64,000 nt of DNA from Bacteroidales bacterium (GCA_017454945.1 JAFTCA010000010.1:161619-225618); one strand, 5' to 3'. Shown: positions 1-8,294, counted from the first letter of the stretch. Notes: generated by a model from the letters alone, not told the origin. Numbers and translations: made by a program.

Positions 1-1199
1 TGACCATCCCTTTTATTTGTGTAATATGAATTAGTGTTCACTATCCTATTCCCACTATATTTTGTTCCACCCTCGTTTGTGCTATAAGCCCTTACATAAA
101 CATCGGTATTGGCTGGTATGTTTTTCAATTCGAAGGTAAATGTTCCTGAACCAGAGCCGTGGATCGTATATGCGTTATCCAAAGTTGGATTGGAAGAGGT
201 GCTCCAGCAAATGCCACGGGCTGTCACAGGATAGTTGGTATCAGATACCGAGCATGAGCTTGTAACATTAAACACTCCGTCTTCCACACATATGTTTGCT
301 ATGCCCACGTTCGGCAGAGGACACACTTCCGTAGTGAAACTTTTCTCTTCACCATAACCTGTACCGTCACTATTAGTGGCATAAGCTCTAACATAGTAAG
401 TGGTTTTATGGCGTAACACTGACATAGTGCTTGTGAAAGTTCCTGCTCCAATACCATCTGTGGTATGCTCATCGTCAACAGTGGGGTTGTGAGAAGTACT
501 CCAACAAACACCACGGGCGGTTACGTATGTTCCCATATCTATCACTGTGCCGCCACAGGTTGCATTATTGTATCGTATATTAGTCACATCGGCAGTTACA
601 GCTACGGGCAGTTTGGCCTCTTCCGTAGTGAAACTCTTCTCGTCACCATAGAAGGTTCCATCAACAGTGGTGGCGTATGCACGCACATAGTAGAGCGTGC
701 TGTGGTCCAAGTTCTTCAGTGTGCTTGTAAATGTACCAGCACCTATACCATCGTTGGTGCATGAATTCTCCACCGTAGGATTGGGAGATTTGCTCCAGCA
801 TACACCACGGCCCGTAATCTGCGAACCCATATCCTGTATGGTTCCCCCGCAAGTGGCACTGTTGTTGGTAACGTTGCTCACAACTGCCGTGGTCACCACG
901 GGAGGCGTAATAGTAACGGTGGTAAAGCTTTGCTCGTTGCCGTAAGACACACCCATACCGTTTTCAGCGTAGGCGCGCACGTAATAGGTGGTGCCGTAAG
1001 TCAAACCTGTCAGCGCACTCACAAAACTGCCCAAACCGCTGCCAGCAGCAATATGGCTGTCGTTTACGGTGGGATAGGGCTTCGTGTTCCAGCATAAGCC
1101 CTTCGTAATCACAGCACTACCGCCATCTTGCAGCACTTCGCCGCCGCTCATCGCACTGTGCGAGGTTATTTCGGTCACAGGAGCCGTGGTCACTGTGGG
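1..1199 (-). repeat. Tandem coding repeats of about 270 bp (~90-aa domains) inside the surface-protein gene
   Basis: Each unit in the hand translation carries GG..(D)xG...tarGvCWs....PT ... G.G.GtFts.l..L...T.YYVRAYAtn..G..YG.e.sFTT. At least four diverged copies are visible. Confidence 0.7.
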
Positions 1200-1904
1200 C
1201 GGATAGTTGTCGAAACTTAATGTGATAGTTTCCGAAATCAACTGCCGTTTTTCAACATTCTGGCTAACACACTCCTTGCCGTTAATCATGGCATAGCCCA
1301 TATAAATCATATTATCACCAAAGGCAAAGGGCTTGTTGGTACTGCCCTTGCCGCCTTTCAGCGTGGCGGTCAGCGGGTAGAAATTGCCTTCGCCCAAATA
1401 GGTAATGGCGTTTTCGCCAGCTCCGCCGTTGTTCACCATTTTGATCGTGGCCACATTATTCCCACAGCGGGCAGTCAGTAGGTATGTGCCAGCGGTGGCC
1501 ACGGTTGCGCGGAAATGGTGGGTGCCGGCTTGTAGAGACGCAATACATTGCGTCTCTGCAACGGCACGCCCATTTATATCCACAATTTCCAATGTAACAT
1601 TTCCATTTTCAGTTGTTTGCAATTCAAAATCCGTGGCGCCATCGAACGGGTTGGGCACATTCTGCGATAGTCTCATTCCGCTGGCGTTCTCAAAATCTTC
1701 CACGCCTGTTCCGCCCATCATCAGAATGGTGTCGGGATAATAAATGGTCTCCTGCCAGTTCTGTGTCAGGTTGGTAATCACCACACGGTTCAGTTTCACA
1801 TACTGGTTACGAGCGTCTTTACCCGTAAACATAAGGGTTACAGTTTGCGCTGTTGCACCAAGGCATAGCAGCGCAAAAACGAAGGTTGAAAGAATTTTTT
1901 TCAT
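1..1904 (-). CDS. Secreted multi-domain cell-surface protein, partial (runs off the window start)
   Basis: Minus-strand frame is open from the ATG at 1904-1902 to position 1. It is absent from the ORF track because there is no stop in the window. Hand translation starts MKKILSTFVFALLCLGATAQ (signal peptide), followed by a Por_Secre_tail-like block and at least 4 tandem ~90-aa domains. Confidence 0.75.
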   Translation of the reverse strand, partial: MKKILSTFVFALLCLGATAQTVTLMFTGKDARNQYVKLNRVVITNLTQNWQETIYYPDTILMMGGTGVEDFENASGMRLSQNVPNPFDGATDFELQTTENGNVTLEIVDINGRAVAETQCIASLQAGTHHFRATVATAGTYLLTARCGNNVATIKMVNNGGAGENAITYLGEGNFYPLTATLKGGKGSTNKPFAFGDNMIYMGYAMINGKECVSQNVEKRQLISETITLSFDNYPPTVTTAPVTEITSHSAMSGGEVLQDGGSAVITKGLCWNTKPYPTVNDSHIAAGSGLGSFVSALTGLTYGTTYYVRAYAENGMGVSYGNEQSFTTVTITPPVVTTAVVSNVTNNSATCGGTIQDMGSQITGRGVCWSKSPNPTVENSCTNDGIGAGTFTSTLKNLDHSTLYYVRAYATTVDGTFYGDEKSFTTEEAKLPVAVTADVTNIRYNNATCGGTVIDMGTYVTARGVCWSTSHNPTVDDEHTTDGIGAGTFTSTMSVLRHKTTYYVRAYATNSDGTGYGEEKSFTTEVCPLPNVGIANICVEDGVFNVTSSCSVSDTNYPVTARGICWSTSSNPTLDNAYTIHGSGSGTFTFELKNIPANTDVYVRAYSTNEGGTKYSGNRIVNTNSYYTNKRDG

Positions 1905-1989
1905 TGTAAATTGTTTGATTAAATTATGAAACTATTAAATTATTAATATATTGACACTTACATTATCTTTATCTCTTATTTTCCAGACA

Positions 1990-2188
1990 TAAAAAAACCG
2001 CGAACTTCATATTGTGGTTCGAGGTTCTGGTAAAACCCAATGCTACAAATAAGAAAGCTCACGGTTAATCCGCGAGCGTCTTAGCTTTCTTTGTAGCATT
2101 TTTGAAATTTACCAGATTTCGAACACACTAAAGAAAAGCGAAAACGCTTTTTATGTCAAGAAAATGCTGAGAACGTTTCCGTTAACAA
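1990..2188 (-). ncRNA. Candidate rod-like small RNA downstream of rplT (possibly the Bacteroidales-1 / 6S-like motif)
   Basis: Minus-strand -7 box TATCTTTG (2194-2201). An irregular extended hairpin spans 2017-2124 with helices 2039-2048/2091-2100, 2052-2059/2083-2090, 2026-2034/2108-2116 and 2017-2022/2119-2124. It ends in the stem CCTCGAAC/GTTCGCGG plus a U7 run (A-run 1991-1997 on the plus strand). No ORF is present. Confidence 0.4.
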
Positions 2189-2193
2189 CGGTG

Positions 2194-2201
2194 CAAAGAT
2201 A
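2194..2201 (-). promoter_or_regulatory. Bacteroidetes-type -7 box (TATCTTTG) for the sRNA candidate
   Basis: Exact TAnnTTTG on the minus strand, with a TTG about 20 nt upstream. Confidence 0.45.
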
Positions 2202-2287
2202 CGAAAACAATTTATAATTAACAATGTATAATGTATAATTGAGGGGCGCTCGCTGAACTTGTCGAAGCGAGCGGTACAAGAATACAT

Positions 2288-2319
2288 AAAAAAAGAAGAG
2301 CCCCTTTGGGAGGCCCTTC
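2288..2319 (-). terminator. Intrinsic terminator of the infC-rpmI-rplT operon
   Basis: Minus-strand GAAGGGCCTCCCAAAGGGGCTCTTC forms a 10-bp stem (including 2 G-U pairs) and is followed by T7. Confidence 0.7.
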
Positions 2320-2370
2320 CTATGATTGCAATTAAACCCGTTATTTTTTCTTTGTGAGTTGCGGTTAATG

Positions 2371-2715
2371 TTACTTAACCAAATCAACGATCGCTTTGAA
2401 TGCCTGAGGATTATTCATAGCGAGGTCGGCGAGGGCTTTGCGGTTCAAAGCAACACCCTTCTTTGCTATTTTGCCCATGAAGGCAGAATAGGACATGCCA
2501 TATTCGCGTACTCCCGCATTGATACGGGTGATCCATAAACTTCTGAATACACGTTTTTTGGCTTTTCTGTCGCGATAAGCGTACTGTTGACCTTTTTCCC
2601 ATGTATTCTTAGCTACGGTCCAAACATTTTTTCTCTTTCCGAAATAACCTTTGGTCCGATTCAAAATCTTTTTTCTTCTTGCTCTTGAAGCAACATGATT
2701 AACTGATCTTGGCAT
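2371..2715 (-). CDS. rplT: 50S ribosomal protein L20
   Basis: 114-aa ORF beginning [18 protein letters not shown]...YAYRDRK, typical of L20. Confidence 0.97.
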   Translation of the reverse strand: MPRSVNHVASRARRKKILNRTKGYFGKRKNVWTVAKNTWEKGQQYAYRDRKAKKRVFRSLWITRINAGVREYGMSYSAFMGKIAKKGVALNRKALADLAMNNPQAFKAIVDLVK

Positions 2716-2793
2716 AAGTTCTCCTTTCTTTTTACGTCAGCGGTTTAAACTGATAAACTCTTGATGTGCTGATGGTAAAGTTAATAATTCGTT

Positions 2794-2991
2794 TTATTTG
2801 CAGCCTAACATTTCTTTGATAGTTCCTTCATTAACCTTGTCGGCAACGACTCCGTAACCGAGGTTACGTTTTCTCTTCTTTGTCTTCTTGGTTAAGATGT
2901 GACTCATGTAGGCATGGTGTCTTTTGACTTTTCCGGTACCTGTCAAGGTAAATCTTTTCTTGGCAGCGGATTTGGTTTTTGTTTTTGGCAT
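2794..2991 (-). CDS. rpmI: 50S ribosomal protein L35
   Basis: [14 protein letters not shown]...[20 protein letters not shown]. The ATG at 2991 is preferred over the TTG at 2997 used by the ORF track. Confidence 0.95.
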   Translation of the reverse strand: MPKTKTKSAAKKRFTLTGTGKVKRHHAYMSHILTKKTKKRKRNLGYGVVADKVNEGTIKEMLGCK

Positions 2992-3039
2992 TTCCAAGTA
3001 ATTTTTTAAGGTGAATATTTTGGGTTTAATGCAATTTTC

Positions 3040-3603
3040 TTATTTCTTGGGATTCAGTATCATAATCATTCTCTTACCTTCCAACTTGGGCAACTGCTCG
3101 GGCTTTCCATACTCTTCCACCGCTTGCGCAAACTTGAGCAGTATCAACTCACCTTGGTCCTTGTAAACAATGGAACGTCCTTTGAAATAGACATCCACCT
3201 TCACTTTGCAACCGTCTTTCAAGAACTTGATGGCATGATTGGTCTTGAACTCGAAATCATGATCATCAGTCTGGGGCCCGAGGCGGATTTCCTTAATCAC
3301 CACCTTTGCCGATTTTGACTTGATCTCCTTCTGCTTCTTCTTCTGGTCATAGAGAAACTTCTGGTAATTCATCACACGGCATACCGGAGGAGTGGCCTGA
3401 GGAGAAATCTCCACTAAATCCAACTCTAACTGGTTGGCAATCTCCATAGCTTCTTTCAATGAAACTATCTTTGACTCAATTCCTTCACCTACAACACGTA
3501 CGGTGGGCGAAGTGATCTTCTCGTTAATCTTGTGCAAAGCCTCTTTCTTCTGAGGACCTCCACGATGGAAACCGGATTTGGTAACTGGTGTTGCGATACT
3601 TAT
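3040..3603 (-). CDS. infC: Translation initiation factor IF-3, probably with a non-AUG start
   Basis: The ORF-track fragment (TTG at 3537) is N-terminally short. The frame stays open upstream to the TAG at 3613-3615 (plus-strand cta) with no ATG, GTG or TTG in it. Candidate starts are ATA (3603) and ATC (3597), preceded by AAAGGAG. Confidence 0.85.
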   Translation of the reverse strand: MSIATPVTKSGFHRGGPQKKEALHKINEKITSPTVRVVGEGIESKIVSLKEAMEIANQLELDLVEISPQATPPVCRVMNYQKFLYDQKKKQKEIKSKSAKVVIKEIRLGPQTDDHDFEFKTNHAIKFLKDGCKVKVDVYFKGRSIVYKDQGELILLKFAQAVEEYGKPEQLPKLEGKRMIMILNPKK

Positions 3604-3780
3604 GACTCCTTTCTACTTTAAGTTTGTATTCTATTTATTTTGAAAATTTTAGGGGTGCAAAAATACATTTTTTTTTGATACGCACAAACCCCTCTGCATT
3701 TTTTTCTTTTAATCAAATAGTACTAATGCGATATTTTTATTGTTTTAGGTTCATATTATATACGATTTTTTTGGTAACCA

Positions 3781-3788
3781 TATACTTG
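3781..3788 (+). promoter_or_regulatory. -7-like box TATACTTG for large ncRNA copy A
   Basis: Lies 2 nt upstream of the conserved 5' GGCAC. Copy B has the equivalent TATACATG at the same spacing. Confidence 0.5.
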
Positions 3789-3790
3789 AT

Positions 3791-4187
3791 GGCACAAAGT
3801 GTTTCGGGAACAAAACCTTTTAGTCTTGTCGATTCGCATTGTTGCACGAGTGTCTCTTTCGCGGCGATTAAGCATGTTGTTTCATATCGCATCCTCCCCG
3901 CGCCGCGAGGAGCGCACATGCCTTCCACCGCCCCACACAGCGCGCTACCGCGCTTGTGTGGAGTTATTGATAGGGTATCCCTACGGGATACTTCCACATA
4001 TGCCATGCGCATTTTTAAACCTCGTAGAGGTTCCCTCCCAATAACCCCAGATGAGCGTAGCGTAATCTGGGGTAGCGAGAAACATCATGATACTCACCGC
4101 GGCGCGCTATGAATGTTTTATGGAACACCAAACTTGGTCGCCGCGGAAGGGACTCAGTGCCAACAAGTATATAGTTCCCTTTTTTTT
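3791..4187 (+). ncRNA. Unassigned large structured RNA, copy A (~397 nt)
   Basis: Paralogous to 41776-42164. Long-range helices are 3791-3795/4157-4161, 3857-3867/4138-4148 and 3899-3907/4098-4106. Hairpins lie at 3933-3961, 3975-3991, 4018-4032 and 4045-4072. The 3' terminator is GGGACT...AGTTCCC plus T8. The ORFs here are short and not conserved between the copies. Confidence 0.75.
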
Positions 4188-4243
4188 ACTATTTTTGTCT
4201 CCTATAAAAGATAAACTCTTAACATTATTTATATCTGATAATT

Positions 4244-5296
4244 ATGATGAAATCAAAACAAATCTTCAGCCTTTTTGCCTTCGCTCTCTTCATCTTGTTC
4301 GCAGGCAATAGCTGCTCCCATCGCTCTTCCACTGATGCGGATACCACCACCGACAGCACCACTACGGCCTACGAACAGAGCTTGCTCATCCACCCCGAAG
4401 AGCTGAGCATCAAATGGATAGACCGCATGCACGCACTGGGCATCAACACCATCACAATGCACCCACGCGGCGGCCGCAACGCCTACAAAACGCTGGAAGA
4501 GATGCTGCAAATGCTCGAAACTGAGGAGTTTAGAGCAATGCTCGACCATGCAGACTCGCTAGGACTGAACATCGAATACGAATTTCACGCCGCCAGCTAC
4601 CTGATGCCCCGCGACCTCTACGAGAGCCACCCTGAATATTTCAGGATGAACGCCGACGGTCAGCGCGAACCGCTGCTCAACTTCTGCGTCTCAAACGAAG
4701 AAGCCCTCGACATTGTGGCCAAACGTGCCGTGGAATTGGCTAAAAAACTCTATAAAAGCACGCACCGCTACTATTTCTGGATGGACGACGTGAAAGAGAG
4801 CACTTGCCAATGCGAAAAATGCGCCCAACTTTCCGAATCGGACATGACGCTTCTGGTGATGAACCGCATTATCAAAGAATTGCGCAAAGAGATTCCCGAC
4901 GCCCAACTGGCCTATCTGGCCTACCATGGCGCCATGCCTACCCCCACGCAGGTCACCCCCGAAGAGGGTATCTTTGTGGAGTACGCCCCCATCGACAGAG
5001 ACTTGAAATGCCGCCTGCGCGAGAACAATCCCGACGAAGAAAACATCAAGGCCCTTCTCGACTTCTTTGGCAAAAAGAATGCCAAAGTGCTTGAATACTG
5101 GTTTGATAACTCAATGATGTCGAACTGGACCAAACCACCCAAACAGTTTGTCCCCGACAACGACCTGATTCGTGACGACATAGATTATTACCGTCAACTC
5201 GGCTTTAGCTACATATCCTCTTTTGCCTGCTTCCTCGGAGCCGACTATGAAGAGCTTTATGGCGAACCCGATGTGAGTGCCTTCAGCATGAAATAA
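4244..5296 (+). CDS. Lipoprotein, DUF4838-like / glycoside-hydrolase-like TIM-barrel protein
   Basis: Signal peptide with lipobox (FAGNSC). The family assignment is from memory of Bacteroidetes DUF4838 proteins and is uncertain. Confidence 0.6.
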   Translation: MMKSKQIFSLFAFALFILFAGNSCSHRSSTDADTTTDSTTTAYEQSLLIHPEELSIKWIDRMHALGINTITMHPRGGRNAYKTLEEMLQMLETEEFRAMLDHADSLGLNIEYEFHAASYLMPRDLYESHPEYFRMNADGQREPLLNFCVSNEEALDIVAKRAVELAKKLYKSTHRYYFWMDDVKESTCQCEKCAQLSESDMTLLVMNRIIKELRKEIPDAQLAYLAYHGAMPTPTQVTPEEGIFVEYAPIDRDLKCRLRENNPDEENIKALLDFFGKKNAKVLEYWFDNSMMSNWTKPPKQFVPDNDLIRDDIDYYRQLGFSYISSFACFLGADYEELYGEPDVSAFSMK

Positions 5297-5305
5297 TCTG
5301 ATACT

Positions 5306-5686
5306 ATGACACATACCGACAACATTTATTCTGGCACAATCATCAAAGGGCTCCAAAACGGACGCAAATTTGGATTCCCCACTGCCAACATCGAATTGGC
5401 CGAGGGACTGCTGCCGCCCGAAACAGGCATCTATGCTGTCAAAGTATGGCTCGAAAAACAATCTCTGTTCGGTATGCTCTATGTGGGCACACGCCCTACC
5501 TTGCAACTTGACAAACTCTCCATTGAAATACATCTTTTTAATTTTCAAGAAGATATTTATGGACAACAGTTGCAATTCGAGATTCTGAAAAAAATACGGG
5601 AAGAAAAAACTTTCGACTCACCACAACAACTTATTGACCAATTACGTTTAGACAAACAACACATTATCCGACTTTTGAATGAATAA
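5306..5686 (+). CDS. Monofunctional riboflavin kinase (RibF C-terminal-domain type)
   Basis: 126 aa with the GRKFGFPTANI motif and IEIHLFNFQEDIYG. There is no FAD-synthetase N-domain. Confidence 0.8.
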   Translation: MTHTDNIYSGTIIKGLQNGRKFGFPTANIELAEGLLPPETGIYAVKVWLEKQSLFGMLYVGTRPTLQLDKLSIEIHLFNFQEDIYGQQLQFEILKKIREEKTFDSPQQLIDQLRLDKQHIIRLLNE

Positions 5687-6287
5687 ACTGATTTTCACCA
5701 TATTGTGTTTAGGACTCATCGTCATGGCTCAGGCACAGCCGCTCTCACCCGTCGAGTTGCAGGATCAGCCCGTCTATACCTCTCTGGACGAAGCACTTAA
5801 AAATCCCGAACAGGTATACCGACTTAAGCTCAAAGGTGAGAAAAAATGGGACACCATTCCCAACAAATTATTCCTCTTAACCAATCTTCAGGAACTGACC
5901 ATTGTGCGCTGCGGCCTAATGCAGGTAAACCAACAAATTGAAAAGTTGCAAAACCTCCAATACCTGGATGTTTCGCGCAACAAACTGATTACCCTACCCG
6001 AAAGCATCGGCAACTTACAAGAGTTGAAGACGCTGATTATCAATCGGAATATGATTGAATATCTGCCCGAAAGTATGGGTAAACTCAAAAAACTGGAAAG
6101 CATCGATGCCTGGGATAACCATTTGTATGTTCTTCCTAAAAGTATGGCCGAACTTGCCGAAACACTGAAAATCATCGACTTACGACAGATTCCCCTGCGC
6201 GCTGAAGAGTTGGATTACATGGAACTGCTACTCCCTAAAACCAAAATATATTACACATCGCTTTGCGAATGCAAAGATTCAAGATAA
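5679..6287 (+). CDS. Secreted leucine-rich-repeat protein
   Basis: Signal peptide followed by repeated LxxLxxLxLxxNxL units (LQELTI, LQNLQYLDVSRNKLITLPESIGNLQELKTL...). Confidence 0.8.
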   Translation: MNKLIFTILCLGLIVMAQAQPLSPVELQDQPVYTSLDEALKNPEQVYRLKLKGEKKWDTIPNKLFLLTNLQELTIVRCGLMQVNQQIEKLQNLQYLDVSRNKLITLPESIGNLQELKTLIINRNMIEYLPESMGKLKKLESIDAWDNHLYVLPKSMAELAETLKIIDLRQIPLRAEELDYMELLLPKTKIYYTSLCECKDSR

Positions 6288-6292
6288 CACCC

Positions 6293-7024
6293 ATGAACCT
6301 GGTTATTGATATTGGCAACAGCACCCACAAGTGGGCCATCTTTACCAACGAGGGCAAAATGGTTGACAGCCAACAACAACCGCAACTGACAACCGACCTG
6401 TTGCAAGCCACCCTCGACCGCTACCCCATCCGCCATTCCATTTGTTCGGCTGTGGGCGCCTGCGATAGTCAACTTATTAACATACTGAAAGATAGAACCA
6501 ATTATCACGAGTTTTCTTATCTTTCGCGCCTCCCTATTGAATTGTGCTACGAAACCCCGCAAACCTTAGGCCTCGACCGCATTGCCAACGCTGTCGGCGC
6601 CTTCTCGCTCTATCCGCATCACGACATTCTCTCTATACAAGCCGGCACCTGCCTCGTCTTCGACTTTGTTGACCACAACGGCCGCTATTTGGGTGGCAGC
6701 ATTTCGCCTGGACTCGAAATGAGATTCAAGGCACTGCACCATTTCACCCAAAAGTTGCCTCTCGTCACCAAACGTGACATCGATTTCTTCATCGGCAACT
6801 CCACCCAACACTCGATTGAGAGCGGCGTTATGCACGGAATTATTGACGAAATCAACACTTCCATCGACCGCTACGCCCAACAGGCAACCGACCTCAAAGT
6901 GTTGCTAACAGGGGGCGATTCCGCCTTCCTATGCAATTCAATAAAAAACACTATATTTGCACCTTCAAATATAGTACTGTTAGGTTTGCATAAAATATTA
7001 CAGTTGAATGTTGAACACGCTTAG
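6293..7024 (+). CDS. coaX: Type III pantothenate kinase
   Basis: MNLVIDIGNSTHKW... and GLDRIANAVGA motifs. The ATG at 6293 is preferred over the upstream in-frame start. Confidence 0.9.
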   Translation: MNLVIDIGNSTHKWAIFTNEGKMVDSQQQPQLTTDLLQATLDRYPIRHSICSAVGACDSQLINILKDRTNYHEFSYLSRLPIELCYETPQTLGLDRIANAVGAFSLYPHHDILSIQAGTCLVFDFVDHNGRYLGGSISPGLEMRFKALHHFTQKLPLVTKRDIDFFIGNSTQHSIESGVMHGIIDEINTSIDRYAQQATDLKVLLTGGDSAFLCNSIKNTIFAPSNIVLLGLHKILQLNVEHA

Positions 7025-8294
7025 AAAAGGGATTACACTGTTACTGGTTCTGATGACGTTGGCACTGTTGCAATTACAAGCACAGAACAACATCAGTTCC
7101 CCCTATTCAGGCTATGGTGTAGGCCTGCTCGACAATGTGACCTCAGCGCCGTTGGCAGCTATGGGCCACGTGTCGTATGCCATGCAACATAACACTGGCT
7201 ATATTAACTTCCGCAATCCCGCCTCCTACGCAGCATTCGACTCATTATCATTCATAGCCGATGCAGCCTTCAGTATTATCTCCAGCACACTGAAAACAGA
7301 TGAGCTGTCACAAAAAACCACTTACGCACGGCCAGGTTATCTAACCATCGGCTTGCCCGTGACCAGACATTGGCGCACCAGCGCCGGCATACTGCCGTTC
7401 AGCAAGTTAGGCTATGCTATTCTCGACAAGCAAGAGGTGGACAATATCGGCAAAGTGGAATACACCTACAAGGGCGAGGGGGGCCTGATGCAGCTATACT
7501 GGGGCAACGCTTTCAAGTTGTGCAAAGGACTCTCCATCGGACTGAATGTCTCCTACATCTGGGGCCGATTGAGTTCCATCAGAACCATTGCTTTTTCGGG
7601 AGAAAACTATGCTAATTCACTAATTGACAATTATATCCATGTCGACGGCATACATCTTTCAGCCGGCGCACAATATTTTGTCAACATCAAAGAAAATCAC
7701 CGCCTGGGACTGGGTGCCGTGTATGAAAACACCGCCTACATTTGGGCTAAGGAAAACAGCTTGGTGCTGAACTACGAAGGTGAAGCCACCGCCTCAACCT
7801 CATACGACACGGTGGCGAACATTATCGGCAACAAAGGCAACATGCGCATTCCCCAATCAGTTGGTGGCGGCCTCTCTTATTCTTTCAAAAACAAAATCCT
7901 GGTGGCCGCTGACGTTACCTGGCAAAACTGGAGCAAATACAGCCTGATGGGCCAAAAAGACTCGCTGCAAGATGCTATCAACGTCTCGGTAGGCGTTCAA
8001 TACACACCCAACCCCACCTCTTCGAAAGTATATAAACGACTCAATATCAGAGCTGGAGCCAGATATTCTACCGGCTATATTAGGATAAAAGATACCCCTA
8101 TCTCCGAATTCAGCGTGGCCTTGGGCTTGGGCATCCCGCTCAAAACCGCTACTTCGCAATCATCTATCAACATCATGATGGAATATGGTCAGATGGGCAC
8201 ACTGGCAAATGATCTGATTAAGGAGAACTTTTTCAGACTTACATTCAACTTCGTACTCCACGAAAAGTGGTACCAACGCGTCAAACTTGAATAG
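7008..8294 (+). CDS. Outer-membrane beta-barrel protein (porin / FadL-like)
   Basis: Signal peptide, an SPYSGYGVG N-terminal motif and alternating beta-strand composition. The C-terminus is not a classic aromatic terminus. Confidence 0.6.
   Translation: MLNTLRKGITLLLVLMTLALLQLQAQNNISSPYSGYGVGLLDNVTSAPLAAMGHVSYAMQHNTGYINFRNPASYAAFDSLSFIADAAFSIISSTLKTDELSQKTTYARPGYLTIGLPVTRHWRTSAGILPFSKLGYAILDKQEVDNIGKVEYTYKGEGGLMQLYWGNAFKLCKGLSIGLNVSYIWGRLSSIRTIAFSGENYANSLIDNYIHVDGIHLSAGAQYFVNIKENHRLGLGAVYENTAYIWAKENSLVLNYEGEATASTSYDTVANIIGNKGNMRIPQSVGGGLSYSFKNKILVAADVTWQNWSKYSLMGQKDSLQDAINVSVGVQYTPNPTSSKVYKRLNIRAGARYSTGYIRIKDTPISEFSVALGLGIPLKTATSQSSINIMMEYGQMGTLANDLIKENFFRLTFNFVLHEKWYQRVKLE

Noticed and set aside
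3791-4187. Possibility that the large RNA is RNase P RNA, tmRNA, SRP RNA, 6S RNA or a cobalamin riboswitch.
   Set aside because: I could not find the GAGGAAAGUCC-type P4 strand or ACAGAA motifs of RNase P. There is no tag-peptide ORF with a tRNA-like 3' end (..CCACCA) as in tmRNA. There is no SRP domain IV motif and no B12 box. At about 390 nt with two copies, it does not fit 6S. This rejection rests on remembered consensus only, so a cmscan run is still required.
3624-4311. ORFs of 74-162 aa overlapping large ncRNA copy A (3624-4112+, 3737-4012-, 3799-4044+, 4087-4311+), and the 82-aa ORF 41933-42181 over copy B.
   Set aside because: The two RNA copies do not conserve any of these reading frames. 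Indels and divergent blocks break the frames, while substitutions preserve base pairing. The translations have no protein-like features.
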